Positions 8,414-17,445 of a stretch of DNA of 64,000 nt are shown one piece after another. Where the stretch lies: assembly GCA_964362865.1 (NCBI GenBank), contig CAYIGD010000002.1, positions 4,253-68,252 on the forward strand, read 5' to 3'. This DNA comes from an uncultured Candidatus Saccharibacteria bacterium (GTDB lineage: Bacteria; Patescibacteriota; UBA1384; JAGVHQ01). Under the pieces are notes generated by a model that worked only from the letters and a program-made list of their open reading frames with translations, was not told the origin of the DNA and ran no database searches. The position numbers were made by a program, and so were the translations under genes. Position 1 is the first letter of the stretch. Every line of letters begins with the position of its first letter.

Positions 8414-10599
8414 CGCAGGGTTATGCCCTTGATTGTGCGAAAAATATTCAGTATTGAAGATTGTGTCTGGGCAAGCTCTTTTTGAGTCGGCGTATGCGTT
8501 TTAAAATCAAGTTCAAATCGGATGGTAATACTCTCCCCTTTTTCAGATGAGAATGCATCAATAACGTAATACCCTCGAACGTTGGCAGTAATTTTTTTAT
8601 CGAGTTCAGCTTGTATGGCGTAAAATAAAACGCGGCCTGTGAAAAATGACACATCAAAAATACTGACCGGGTACGAAGACGGTTCTTTAATTCCCAGAAC
8701 AGGTTGGAATGGGTCATGTAATGCGTTCAACTCTATTTTCAGGGATGCAATCTGAGGGTGGTTTTTGGCGGTGTGAGAACGTGGGAGAGTAAGGTATCCC
8801 AAGCTGATTTTTTCTGAATTCTGTTTCCAAGCAAAGGACGATCGAGCATCGAATTCAGCGGATGCGGGTTCTGCTGAAGGGCTGCCCGCCCCACACAGTA
8901 GTGTTCTCAATTGCTGGAGCACAGGCATTTTTGGGGCAGTGGGCGTGAACATAACCGCAGTTCGTTCCGACCCCCTATGAAAAATTGTGCCGATTTCAAA
9001 CAGCATCGGATCGTCAACCGACTGTAGCAGGGTACCAATCGCCTTTAAATGGGCTTGCGCAAAATTAGCGCGCAGGGCTTGTTTGCCGGTGGGGACATTT
9101 TCGGGAATGACTACGCCAATCTTTACAAAACTTGTTGTCAGGATTTCAGAAAAACCATAAGCAATCGCCAGGGCGCGAATGTATTCCGCCTTTAAATAAG
9201 AGGTGTTTTGCTGCGGGAGGGTGGTTGTAATGGTTAACGGCGCTTCTGGAATCGCGTCATACCCAATATCACGCGCAATTTCTTCCGCTAAATTAGAGCT
9301 ATGTTCGAGGTCATTGCGAAAACTCGGCGAATTAACACTCCTGCCATGTAGCTCACATCCGATTCTTTTTAGAGCAATCCGCATTCTAGATTCCCGGATT
9401 CGCGTACCCAGTAACGCATTGATAGCATCGGGATGAAAGGGTATCGCCTTCTTCGGGACAGGCCCCTTAATCGTTTCGTACCCCTCGATGCTCGCCCCGA
9501 TTTTTTGTAAAAGCACAATTAAGTAGCCGAGCGCCCGATCAATATTGGCAGTGTCTGCGCCTCTTCGAAAACGAAGACTACTTGCAGTCTGAAGGTTCAA
9601 TCTGATTGAGGTGCGGGCAATCGGCTCAGGCGCAAATGTTGCCAGTTCGATTGCGATCCGTTTTGTATTGAAAGAGACTGCTCCCGCGCGAGCGCCAATT
9701 ATTCCTGCCAGTGCAAGCACGTCGTGTCCGTCAGTTGTGACTACATCACCTTTTTGCAGCAGATATTGTTGGCCATCAAGGGCTTCAAATGCCTGTTTTT
9801 TTGTTACCGTTTTAACTAATAGACTCGAAAGTAAATCAGCATCATAGGCATGCGCGCTTTGGCCTGTGGCTAGCATGGTGAGGTTGAGAATGTCCACGAT
9901 CGGATGTACTCTCTTCAGAACCGTATGTGTGATAAGCTCCGATAATTGATCGGGAATAGTAATGTTTTTTAGATTGATTAGTAAAACATCAAGCCGTGCC
10001 GCGCTCCCACGTGCGATCGGGAATCCGAGCGGGATCTCTTTTTTAAGCGGGTTGGTAATCGCTTTCAAGCGTGTACGTGTCTTAACACTTATTTCGCGCG
10101 CTAAGCCATATGCCCCCAAGATGTCATGCCGTGGACTTTTCGTGTCAACTTCTAGCATGCGTCCGGTCTCAAAAGGTGCGCCGATCTCATCTTCCGGGGA
10201 GAGGATATGGATTCCCGTAGTTTCGTGACCAATCCCTATTTCCTTTTGTGAAAGTAGCATCCCTTCTGACTCAATCCCTCGGATTTTTTTGGGGGTAACG
10301 GTTAACGCAGGTAGGCGCGCCCCGGTAAGAGCGAGCGGAACTTTCTGCCCGAGGGCGATATTAGGCGCGCCGCACACCACTTCCAGCGGGCGTGTTGCGC
10401 CATAATCAACTACTGCAAGTCGCAGTCGCAAAACGTTCGGGTGCGCTCGGATGGAAATGATTTTTCCGACTACGACCCCTTCAAGACGTTGCGCAAGGTA
10501 CTCTGTTTCAATTCCACGCTGCGTCAGGGTGCGGGCCGCCTCCTCTCCAGAGAGAGCAGGTGTTAGAAATTGATTTACAAGCGCCAGCGGAATTCTCAT
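8410..10599 (-). CDS. pheT: Phenylalanine--tRNA ligase beta subunit (divergent)
   Basis: OB fold (VVCGAPNI, IRGIESEGML), B3/B4 and B5-like segments; follows pheS. Confidence 0.93.
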   Translation of the reverse strand: MRIPLALVNQFLTPALSGEEAARTLTQRGIETEYLAQRLEGVVVGKIISIRAHPNVLRLRLAVVDYGATRPLEVVCGAPNIALGQKVPLALTGARLPALTVTPKKIRGIESEGMLLSQKEIGIGHETTGIHILSPEDEIGAPFETGRMLEVDTKSPRHDILGAYGLAREISVKTRTRLKAITNPLKKEIPLGFPIARGSAARLDVLLINLKNITIPDQLSELITHTVLKRVHPIVDILNLTMLATGQSAHAYDADLLSSLLVKTVTKKQAFEALDGQQYLLQKGDVVTTDGHDVLALAGIIGARAGAVSFNTKRIAIELATFAPEPIARTSIRLNLQTASSLRFRRGADTANIDRALGYLIVLLQKIGASIEGYETIKGPVPKKAIPFHPDAINALLGTRIRESRMRIALKRIGCELHGRSVNSPSFRNDLEHSSNLAEEIARDIGYDAIPEAPLTITTTLPQQNTSYLKAEYIRALAIAYGFSEILTTSFVKIGVVIPENVPTGKQALRANFAQAHLKAIGTLLQSVDDPMLFEIGTIFHRGSERTAVMFTPTAPKMPVLQQLRTLLCGAGSPSAEPASAEFDARSSFAWKQNSEKISLGYLTLPRSHTAKNHPQIASLKIELNALHDPFQPVLGIKEPSSYPVSIFDVSFFTGRVLFYAIQAELDKKITANVRGYYVIDAFSSEKGESITIRFELDFKTHTPTQKELAQTQSSILNIFRTIKGITLR

Positions 10600-11615
10600 C
10601 TGAGTACCCCAGGAAATTGCTCCATCACAAAGCGATCGGGTGTAAGAAAGGAACGGATGTCAGTAATTTTGTATTTGATCATTGCCAGCCGCTCGACACC
10701 TACACCAAATGCAAATCCCGAAATATGAGCGGGATTATAGCCGACATTTTGAAGAACTTGGGGGTGGATCATTCCTGCTCCGAGAATCTCAAGCCAACCG
10801 GTTTGTTTACAAATCGCACACCCTTCTCCTTCGCACTGAATGCAGGCAAGATCGACCTCCAGCGACGGCTGCGTAAACGGGAAATAACTCGGTCGGAATC
10901 GCAACTTTACGGAGCGCCCGAATATCGCTTCGAGCGCCGCATGGAGTGTCCACTTCAAATTCGCCACAGTTGTCCCCTGTTGCACAACAAACCCCTCCAC
11001 TTGGTGGAAAACACTCGCATGGGTCGCATCTTCTGCTTCGTAGCGATAGACCCGCCCCGGGACAATCACCCTCAGGGGTGGTTTTGACTCTGCCATCACG
11101 CGGATTTGCATGGGAGAGGTATGTGTGCGCAAGAGTGTTCCTTTTCGACGATTAATCCAAATCGTGTCGTGCGCTTCGCGGGCAGGATGTAAAGGAGGGA
11201 TATTTAATAAATCAAAATTGTACTTCGCGGTCTCAATTTCGGTGCCTTCCAGTACTTGAAAGTTTATTTTAGTAAAAAAAGAAACAATTTCGTTAATAAT
11301 TATTCCGACAGGATGGCGATGGCCGGCTTGAGATTTTTCGCCGGGAAACGTTGGGTCAAAATAGGGAGGGGCTCCCGCATCTTTTTGTGTTATGTCTGGA
11401 ATTGAATCTAGAAGAGTCTTCGCCCGAGTTTCTCGTTCGTGCAGCGCCTTCCCGAGGTTACGCCGCTCAGTTTGAGGAAGAGCCTTTAGTTGGTGATAGG
11501 CGCGGCGTAAAAGACCTTCCTTTCCTAACAGGAGCCCTCGGGCATCTTGGGAGCGTGCCCCGTGGGTGAGAACACGATCGATTTCATTCAGCAGCGCAGG
11601 GATTGACTGTGTCAT
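10596..11615 (-). CDS. pheS: Phenylalanine--tRNA ligase alpha subunit
   Basis: LLRTHTSP, FHQVEG, FRPSYFPFT, GFAFGVGVERLAM. Confidence 0.98.
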   Translation of the reverse strand: MTQSIPALLNEIDRVLTHGARSQDARGLLLGKEGLLRRAYHQLKALPQTERRNLGKALHERETRAKTLLDSIPDITQKDAGAPPYFDPTFPGEKSQAGHRHPVGIIINEIVSFFTKINFQVLEGTEIETAKYNFDLLNIPPLHPAREAHDTIWINRRKGTLLRTHTSPMQIRVMAESKPPLRVIVPGRVYRYEAEDATHASVFHQVEGFVVQQGTTVANLKWTLHAALEAIFGRSVKLRFRPSYFPFTQPSLEVDLACIQCEGEGCAICKQTGWLEILGAGMIHPQVLQNVGYNPAHISGFAFGVGVERLAMIKYKITDIRSFLTPDRFVMEQFPGVLR

Positions 11616-11977
11616 TTTCCACCCTGAAAAAATAGTTCAACTAAAAATAAGATACTGACCGCGAGTAATGCATTCCAGACTGTTAGAATCTGTAATGTAT
11701 TAAGAACTAAGATAAATGTAATCCCGCCACCGATCAAAAGACCAGTCCGAATTGATGGGATAATCGAGCCAAGAATCATTTCCTTGTTGGATTGCGCAAC
11801 GCGCATACGATAGACGATCAGTGTTGCCCCGGAAGAAGAAATCAAAAAAAGACTCGCGAAAAAACTACCCATTAAAAGTTGATCACTGGAATTTGGCGGA
11901 AATCCGAATACAATCAAGCTGAAAATAATAAGCGAGCCGATCAGCGCGGATCGTACTGAGGAAAGGAGCTTTTTCAT
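11612..11977 (-). CDS. Small hypothetical membrane protein (about 4 TM)
   Basis: Hydrophobic 121-aa ORF overlapping rbfA and pheS by 4 nt each. Confidence 0.7.
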   Translation of the reverse strand: MKKLLSSVRSALIGSLIIFSLIVFGFPPNSSDQLLMGSFFASLFLISSSGATLIVYRMRVAQSNKEMILGSIIPSIRTGLLIGGGITFILVLNTLQILTVWNALLAVSILFLVELFFQGGK

Positions 11978-12288
11978 TGATGCCGTAGGCGTGAAAGCGC
12001 GGCATCAATCTTCACGCTCTGCTCATCCAGGCGCCACTCGAGCTGCGGGATATAGCGCAGGACCATCTTTGCATGTAATTTTTCCCGAATGTTCGGTAAG
12101 GATTGATTGAGGACGCGCAGGACGCGCCTTGTATTCTCGGGTACGCTAATAAAAACAGTCGCGGACCGTTTGTCTGTTCTCACAACCAAACCCGAGATTG
12201 TGATAAATCCAAGTGCAGGAAAGTTTTCAGCAATGATCGCTTGTAACGATTCTTGTAGCTGCCGTGTGAAACGTTCACGTTCATACAT
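11974..12288 (-). CDS. rbfA: Ribosome-binding factor A
   Basis: R.ERF...LQ, DKRSATVFIS, LRYIPQLEW; start at ATG 12288 inferred from promoter geometry. Confidence 0.85.
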   Translation of the reverse strand: MYERERFTRQLQESLQAIIAENFPALGFITISGLVVRTDKRSATVFISVPENTRRVLRVLNQSLPNIREKLHAKMVLRYIPQLEWRLDEQSVKIDAALSRLRHQ

Positions 12289-12295
12289 TACCATT

Positions 12296-12324
12296 ACTGT
12301 AACAGCTTGAACCATGTTACTCAA
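12296..12324 (-). promoter_or_regulatory. Leaderless promoter of rbfA
   Basis: TTGAGT-17nt-TACAGT with extended TG, 7 nt before ATG 12288. Confidence 0.6.
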
Positions 12325-12359
12325 CGGATAGAACAAGAAATATCAGATTAAAGGGTGTG

Positions 12360-12734
12360 TTAGCGCTTGGCCCACTGCGGTGCTCGACGCGCACGTTTTA
12401 AGCCGGGTTTTTTACGTTCTTTGACACGCGAATCAGAGGTGAGAAATCCAGCGGCGCGCAGAACGGAGCGATATTCGGGGTTGAGCTCGATGAGCGCATG
12501 TGCGCTACCGCCACGAATCGCTTCCAGCTGCGATACCTTTCCTCCGCCTCGAACGTGGGCGCTCAGATGATATGCACCCTCTTTTCCAATGATTGAGAAG
12601 GCTGCTTGGACAATCGGAGAAAGTTCCACTTCTTTCTCGTTGATTGTGGAAATACCGGCGCCCGAATACACCCGCACTTGCGCCACAGCGCTCTTACGGC
12701 GTCCTGTTCCGTAATAGTAGTGGTTAGTCGCCAT
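12360..12734 (-). CDS. rpsI: 30S ribosomal protein S9
   Basis: YGTGRRKSAVA; ERKKPGLKRARRAPQWAKR. Confidence 0.97.
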   Translation of the reverse strand: MATNHYYYGTGRRKSAVAQVRVYSGAGISTINEKEVELSPIVQAAFSIIGKEGAYHLSAHVRGGGKVSQLEAIRGGSAHALIELNPEYRSVLRAAGFLTSDSRVKERKKPGLKRARRAPQWAKR

Positions 12735-13089
12735 TTTCCACTCGAATGAACTGAAGATTTTTTAAGTATCGCGCCCTTAAACGGTTATTTGGCAGCATCC
12801 GGCGAACAGCATCTTTCAATACGTTTTCCGGCTCTTTCTGAAGCCGTTCCCCCAGTGTTTTGGATGTCAGCGCGCCCGGGTAGCCCGAATGGCGGTAATA
12901 GCGTTTTGTACTTAGCTTCCCACCGGTCACTTGGATTGAGCGGACTCCTGCGACCAATACTTTGACCGCAGGGACACGATTGGCAAGGAAGTCCGGGCGG
13001 TCTTTTCCGCGCAGCTTTACGGCGATTTCCGTTGCGACGCGCCCTAAAATTTTACCCGCGACGTTGATCGTAACCGTATTTTCGTTCAC
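12724..13089 (-). CDS. rplM: 50S ribosomal protein L13 (short)
   Basis: LGRVATEIA, YYRHSGYPG, AVRRMLP. Confidence 0.95.
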   Translation of the reverse strand: MNENTVTINVAGKILGRVATEIAVKLRGKDRPDFLANRVPAVKVLVAGVRSIQVTGGKLSTKRYYRHSGYPGALTSKTLGERLQKEPENVLKDAVRRMLPNNRLRARYLKNLQFIRVENGD

Positions 13090-13490
13090 TGCTTACTCCG
13101 CGGAGTTATTTTTGGTTTAGGTTCTTTTTTTGCGGGTGCCTTTTGAGAGGCGACCGGCTCTTTCGCAATCAGCTCCACTCGGGCGAGCGGAGCATTATCT
13201 CCGCTGCGCGTACCAATTGAAGTAATCCGAAGCGCTCCCGACGAATCTTCCAATCGCGCGCCCAGGTTTTCTTGCATTTTCTTTGCGGCGGGGCCTGTTA
13301 GAGAGGCGCGCAACTGCCGGTATCCGGAAAGTGTTTTGGTACGTGCAATTGAGTGTACGCGCGCGAATACTCGTCGAACTTCTTTTGAGCGTGCGTGCGT
13401 GGTGGTTATACCTTCATACAGAATTAGTGAAGAAACAAGATTCTTCAGGAGGTGTTTTCGGGGGCCGCGTTGGCGGGAAAGTTTACGCAT
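13086..13490 (-). CDS. rplQ: 50S ribosomal protein L17
   Basis: RKLSR...LLKNLVSSLI...ITTT...RSGDNAP. Confidence 0.93.
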   Translation of the reverse strand: MRKLSRQRGPRKHLLKNLVSSLILYEGITTTHARSKEVRRVFARVHSIARTKTLSGYRQLRASLTGPAAKKMQENLGARLEDSSGALRITSIGTRSGDNAPLARVELIAKEPVASQKAPAKKEPKPKITPRSKQ

Positions 13491-14274
13491 CAGACGCTAC
13501 TTTTCCTTTTTTCTTATCGGAGGCAGGTGCTTTTTCTTTTTTCGGCGATAATTTTCGTTCAGATCGTTTGGGCGCGGCCGGTTCGGTAACCTGAGACTGA
13601 ATATGTTCGAGGTGATCACCAAGGATTGTAATCGCTGCCTTGACGGCGTTAATCGGAGGAATCGTTTGGTCAGTTTCAAGCGTAAGCGTTAAACGATCAA
13701 AGTTTGTCATTCCCTCTACGCGCGTGTTTTCAACCTCATAATGGACTTTACGGATCGGCGTAAAAATGCTGTCAATCGCGATCACCCCAATCGGTAGCTT
13801 TTCATCCACGCGCTTCTCCGTCGGAACATAGCCACGGCCATGCTCGACTGTCACTTCCAAGTTAATCGCCCCGCCTTTTTCAAGGTTGCAGATGACAAAA
13901 TCGCGGTCAACAAACTCTGAACGTGCGTTGGGAGTAAAATCAGATACCTTAACCGGACCGGGTGTTTTTTTGGAAAGGGTGAGAGTGACACCTTCTTCTC
14001 CTTCGAGTTTCAAGCGCACGCCTTTAAGATTCAGAATAATATTGACGATATCTTCTCGAACACCTTTAATGGTTGAGAATTCGTGGGTCGCATCTTCAAA
14101 TCGGACGGTTGTGATAGCGGCCCCACCGAGAGACGAGAGTAAAACTCGGCGCAGCGCGTTACCGATCGTGACTCCAAAACCGGGTAAAAGCGGCTCAATT
14201 ACAATTTCGGCTGCTCCCCGGGAAGCGTGCTGCGTGGTTACCTTAACAATTTCAGTCTCTGGGAGTTGATACAT
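13483..14274 (-). CDS. rpoA: RNA polymerase alpha subunit, lacking alpha-CTD
   Basis: EPLLPGFGVTIGNALRRVLLSS, HEFSTI, IDSIFTP; ends in a Lys-rich tail (GTG 14289 is an alternative start). Confidence 0.96.
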   Translation of the reverse strand: MYQLPETEIVKVTTQHASRGAAEIVIEPLLPGFGVTIGNALRRVLLSSLGGAAITTVRFEDATHEFSTIKGVREDIVNIILNLKGVRLKLEGEEGVTLTLSKKTPGPVKVSDFTPNARSEFVDRDFVICNLEKGGAINLEVTVEHGRGYVPTEKRVDEKLPIGVIAIDSIFTPIRKVHYEVENTRVEGMTNFDRLTLTLETDQTIPPINAVKAAITILGDHLEHIQSQVTEPAAPKRSERKLSPKKEKAPASDKKKGKVASDA

Positions 14275-14285
14275 CTGTTCCTTTC

Positions 14286-14861
14286 TCACCGAGAATAATA
14301 CTCGACGATAAGTTGTTCATTAATTTCTGTTGGCATCTGCTCACGCTCGGGCAGAGCACTCACGGTTACTTCTTTTTTGGTGGCGTTGGCTTTGAGCCAT
14401 TTTTCAACCTGGCCCTCGGACTCTCGCATTCCCTTTTTCAGCGTCAGAGTGTCACTGATCTTTAAGTGCGCGGAAGGAATATTCATCCGTTTTCCATTTA
14501 AGAGTACAAGGCCATGCGTAATCAGCTGGCGCGCATGAGCGCGAGAGCGCGTAAACCCTGATCGGTACAAGACATTATCGGCGCGTTGTTCCAGGATTTT
14601 TAGCAGTGCCTCTCCGGTATTAGTGGTAGAGCGGGCTGCAATTTTAAACATTCGACGCAATTGGGCCTCTTTGAGTCCGTACAGCGCCTTAATTTTTTGT
14701 TTTTCTTTCAGCTGAAGGGAAAAGTTACTCTCTTTCATACGAACGCGGCTTGTTCCGTGTTGGCCTGGCCGGTATGGACGGCGTTGAAATGCCTTTACCG
14801 ATCCGGTGAGGTACGTCCCAAGGCGTCGTGAAATTTTTGTCTTCGCGCGGCGCAAATCCAT
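14286..14861 (-). CDS. rpsD: 30S ribosomal protein S4
   Basis: PYRPGQHG, QLKEKQK, ARQLITHG, IVEYYSR. Confidence 0.97.
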   Translation of the reverse strand: MDLRRAKTKISRRLGTYLTGSVKAFQRRPYRPGQHGTSRVRMKESNFSLQLKEKQKIKALYGLKEAQLRRMFKIAARSTTNTGEALLKILEQRADNVLYRSGFTRSRAHARQLITHGLVLLNGKRMNIPSAHLKISDTLTLKKGMRESEGQVEKWLKANATKKEVTVSALPEREQMPTEINEQLIVEYYSR

Positions 14862-15244
14862 CAGACTCTCCTCGGTTTCTTCGCCCGTACGCCGTTGTGC
14901 GGGATGGGCGTCACGTCTTGGATTGAATGCACGATAATACCGACGCCTTGGAGCGCGCGGATTGAAGCATCGCGGCCTGATCCGGCACCGGAAACAAAAA
15001 TATCCACTGCTGCAATTGTGTATGGGCGTGCGCGCTCTAAAGCATTTCGCATTGTGACCTGTGCGGCATAGGGCGTGGCCTTGCGGCCACCTTTAAATCC
15101 AGAAGAGCCGGCACTGGCCCAGGAGACGACGTTTCCGAGCTGATCGGCAATGGAAATAATGACATTATTAAACGTGGACTGAATTGTGATTCGGCCGCGT
15201 TGAATTGGAGCAATGATCTTTTTCTTTTTGCGTTGGAGCGCCAT
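14861..15244 (-). CDS. rpsK: 30S ribosomal protein S11
   Basis: STFNN, GFKGGRKATPYAAQ, DVTPIPHNG. Confidence 0.98.
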   Translation of the reverse strand: MALQRKKKKIIAPIQRGRITIQSTFNNVIISIADQLGNVVSWASAGSSGFKGGRKATPYAAQVTMRNALERARPYTIAAVDIFVSGAGSGRDASIRALQGVGIIVHSIQDVTPIPHNGVRAKKPRRV

Positions 15245-15245
15245 T

Positions 15246-15629
15246 TTATGTCTTTTCTGATGCTTTCTTACGGCCTGATCCGACCGTCACCCGTTTGCCG
15301 CGTTTCGTACGGGCATTTGTTTTTGTGCGCTGCCCGCGCACGGGAAGGTTGCGCGCATGCCGCAGTCCGCGATAAGCGTGGATTTCTTTGAGACGTTTAA
15401 TGTTTTGTCCGATCGTCACTTTGAGGTCTCCTTCAACCTTGTAGGCGGAAATTCGTGTTCGAATGCGCTCCACCTCTTCACTAGTGAGGTCTTTGAGCCG
15501 CACGTCTTCTTTCACGCGCGCATCTCGTAATATCTTGCGTGAAAGGGATGGTCCAATCCCGTAGATGGCGGTAATGCCCACCACGACCCTTTTTCCCATC
15601 GGTAAAAGTGTGCCCGCAATTCGAATCAT
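15246..15629 (-). CDS. rpsM: 30S ribosomal protein S13
   Basis: RIAG, IYGIG, YRGLRH, PVRGQRTKTNART. Confidence 0.98.
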   Translation of the reverse strand: MIRIAGTLLPMGKRVVVGITAIYGIGPSLSRKILRDARVKEDVRLKDLTSEEVERIRTRISAYKVEGDLKVTIGQNIKRLKEIHAYRGLRHARNLPVRGQRTKTNARTKRGKRVTVGSGRKKASEKT

Positions 15630-15742
15630 TATCCCTGTCTTTGTTTATGTTTCGGGCTCGTGCAGATTACCCGAACAACACCCGCTCTGCGGATTATTTT
15701 ACAGTTACGGCACATTTTCTTAACCGATGGCCTTACCTTCAT
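15629..15742 (-). CDS. rpmJ: 50S ribosomal protein L36 (not in ORF track)
   Basis: Hand translation [37 protein letters not shown]. Confidence 0.97.
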   Translation of the reverse strand: MKVRPSVKKMCRNCKIIRRAGVVRVICTSPKHKQRQG

Positions 15743-15975
15743 TGTACTGTTCCATTCTGGAGATTGAGACGGCGGCTGATGCGACCTTTCGACAAGTCGT
15801 ACGGAGTCAGTTCGACCGTGACGGTGTCGCCGGGAAGAATTTTGATGCGGTGGAGGCGCATTTTGCCGGAAATATGGCCTAAGATTTCATGCCCATTATC
15901 TAACACTACCTTAAATAAGGCGTTTGGCAGTGCCTCAAGCACTCTGCCTTGAGCTTCGATAACATCTTTATTCAT
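15739..15975 (-). CDS. infA: Translation initiation factor IF-1
   Basis: [23 protein letters not shown]. Confidence 0.98.
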   Translation of the reverse strand: MNKDVIEAQGRVLEALPNALFKVVLDNGHEILGHISGKMRLHRIKILPGDTVTVELTPYDLSKGRISRRLNLQNGTVQ

Positions 15976-16786
15976 GCGTGGGCTCTACCTCAACTCTTCC
16001 AATTCGCCCGAGAATTCGAGCGTACGCCTCTAGTGTAGCGTTTTGAGGGCGTTTCGTCAAGATCTCAGCCCCTTTTTTGGTAACTAGTATCGTATGTTCG
16101 AAATGAGCGGCGTTTTTTCCGTCGGCCGTTCGCACTGTCCAAGCGTCCGGGTCAGTCACAACGTGCCAGTCACCCAGAGTGACCATCGGTTCGATCGCTA
16201 ATGCCATTCCCGCTGCCAGGATAGGGCCTGTTCCAATTTCTCCAAGATTCAGGATCCGCGGATCCATCTGAAGTGCGGGTCCGATCCCGTGTCCGCACAG
16301 GTCCCGCACAATCCCGAGCCGAGCTTGCGTGATTACATCTGCAATCGCGGCCTGTACGTCGCCGAGGTGAACCCCATCCCGTACCTTCGCGATTCCCGCC
16401 ATCAGAGCAGATTCGGTCACTTGGAGGAGTCGGGCGTCTTCCAAGCGAGGTTTTCCAATAATTATGGTAAGGGCGGAGTCAACAAATACACCTTTGTTCT
16501 TCAAGCCGATGTCAATTCCCAAAACATCGCCAGTGCGGATACGTTCGTTATTCGGGATGCCATGCACCAGGGCGTCATTGCGTGAAAGACAGGTTGCATA
16601 ACGGTATCCTTGATGATTAAGGAATGCGGCCTTGACCCGCGCTTGTTTTATGCGCGCGTAGGCGAACGTGTCCAAAGCGATAAGAGTTACGCCGGGTTTT
16701 GCGGCCTGTGCGGTGAGAGCAAGGATATATCCTAAAAGCGGACCAAGTTCGCGCATGGCATTTATTTGTTTTTGGGAAAGAATCAT
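15968..16786 (-). CDS. map: Methionine aminopeptidase type I
   Basis: VHGIP, IDIG, GHGIG, AIEPM, AHFEHT. Confidence 0.96.
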   Translation of the reverse strand: MILSQKQINAMRELGPLLGYILALTAQAAKPGVTLIALDTFAYARIKQARVKAAFLNHQGYRYATCLSRNDALVHGIPNNERIRTGDVLGIDIGLKNKGVFVDSALTIIIGKPRLEDARLLQVTESALMAGIAKVRDGVHLGDVQAAIADVITQARLGIVRDLCGHGIGPALQMDPRILNLGEIGTGPILAAGMALAIEPMVTLGDWHVVTDPDAWTVRTADGKNAAHFEHTILVTKKGAEILTKRPQNATLEAYARILGRIGRVEVEPTHE

Positions 16787-17445
16787 CGTGCCTCTTTTTT
16801 TAAAAAAGTGTTGATTTCAGTAAGCAAAGCGCGCGTGACATCTTTAATCGGCGGGGTGCCGTCTACGCTTACTAAGCGGCCTTGTACGCGATAATGGTCA
16901 ATTACCGGAAGGGTTTGACGCCGAAAAATATCAAGCCGTTTTCGAATTGACTGTTCGGTATCGTCATGGCGAACCACAAGCGTCCCCCCGCATTTTTTGC
17001 ACTGTTCGGCAAATTCTTCGGACGAAGAAGGGGCTTTGATTGTGGCAACCAACTTGCAATTCGTGCAAATACGACGGTTTTTTATGCGTTCAAGGGAAAT
17101 TTTTTCGGGTAGCGTAATATAGACCGCGAACGGCTCCGCTCCTTTATATTTCTTCAACAGGAAGTTGAAATCGTTATACTGGCGCATATCACGCGGAAAT
17201 CCGTCAAAGACTATTCCATTAGCCTGATGGGTTTTAAAGTAATCCTCCATCAACTGGAAAATGAATCCATCCGGAATAAGCTTTCCTTGCGAAAGTATCC
17301 GTTCGATTTCTGGGTCGTGATGAGTGCGGGCAAATTCCCGCAGAACGTCTCCCGTGGAAAAAACTCGATATCCAAAATGCTTGGCGAGCTCCTTAGTTTG
17401 CGTTCCCTTCCCGCTTCCTTGCGGGCCGAATAAAGCAATGTTCAT
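16783..17445 (-). CDS. adk: Adenylate kinase
   Basis: GPQGSGKGT P-loop, DGFPR, CxxC...CxxC lid. Confidence 0.96.
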   Translation of the reverse strand: MNIALFGPQGSGKGTQTKELAKHFGYRVFSTGDVLREFARTHHDPEIERILSQGKLIPDGFIFQLMEDYFKTHQANGIVFDGFPRDMRQYNDFNFLLKKYKGAEPFAVYITLPEKISLERIKNRRICTNCKLVATIKAPSSSEEFAEQCKKCGGTLVVRHDDTEQSIRKRLDIFRRQTLPVIDHYRVQGRLVSVDGTPPIKDVTRALLTEINTFLKKEAR

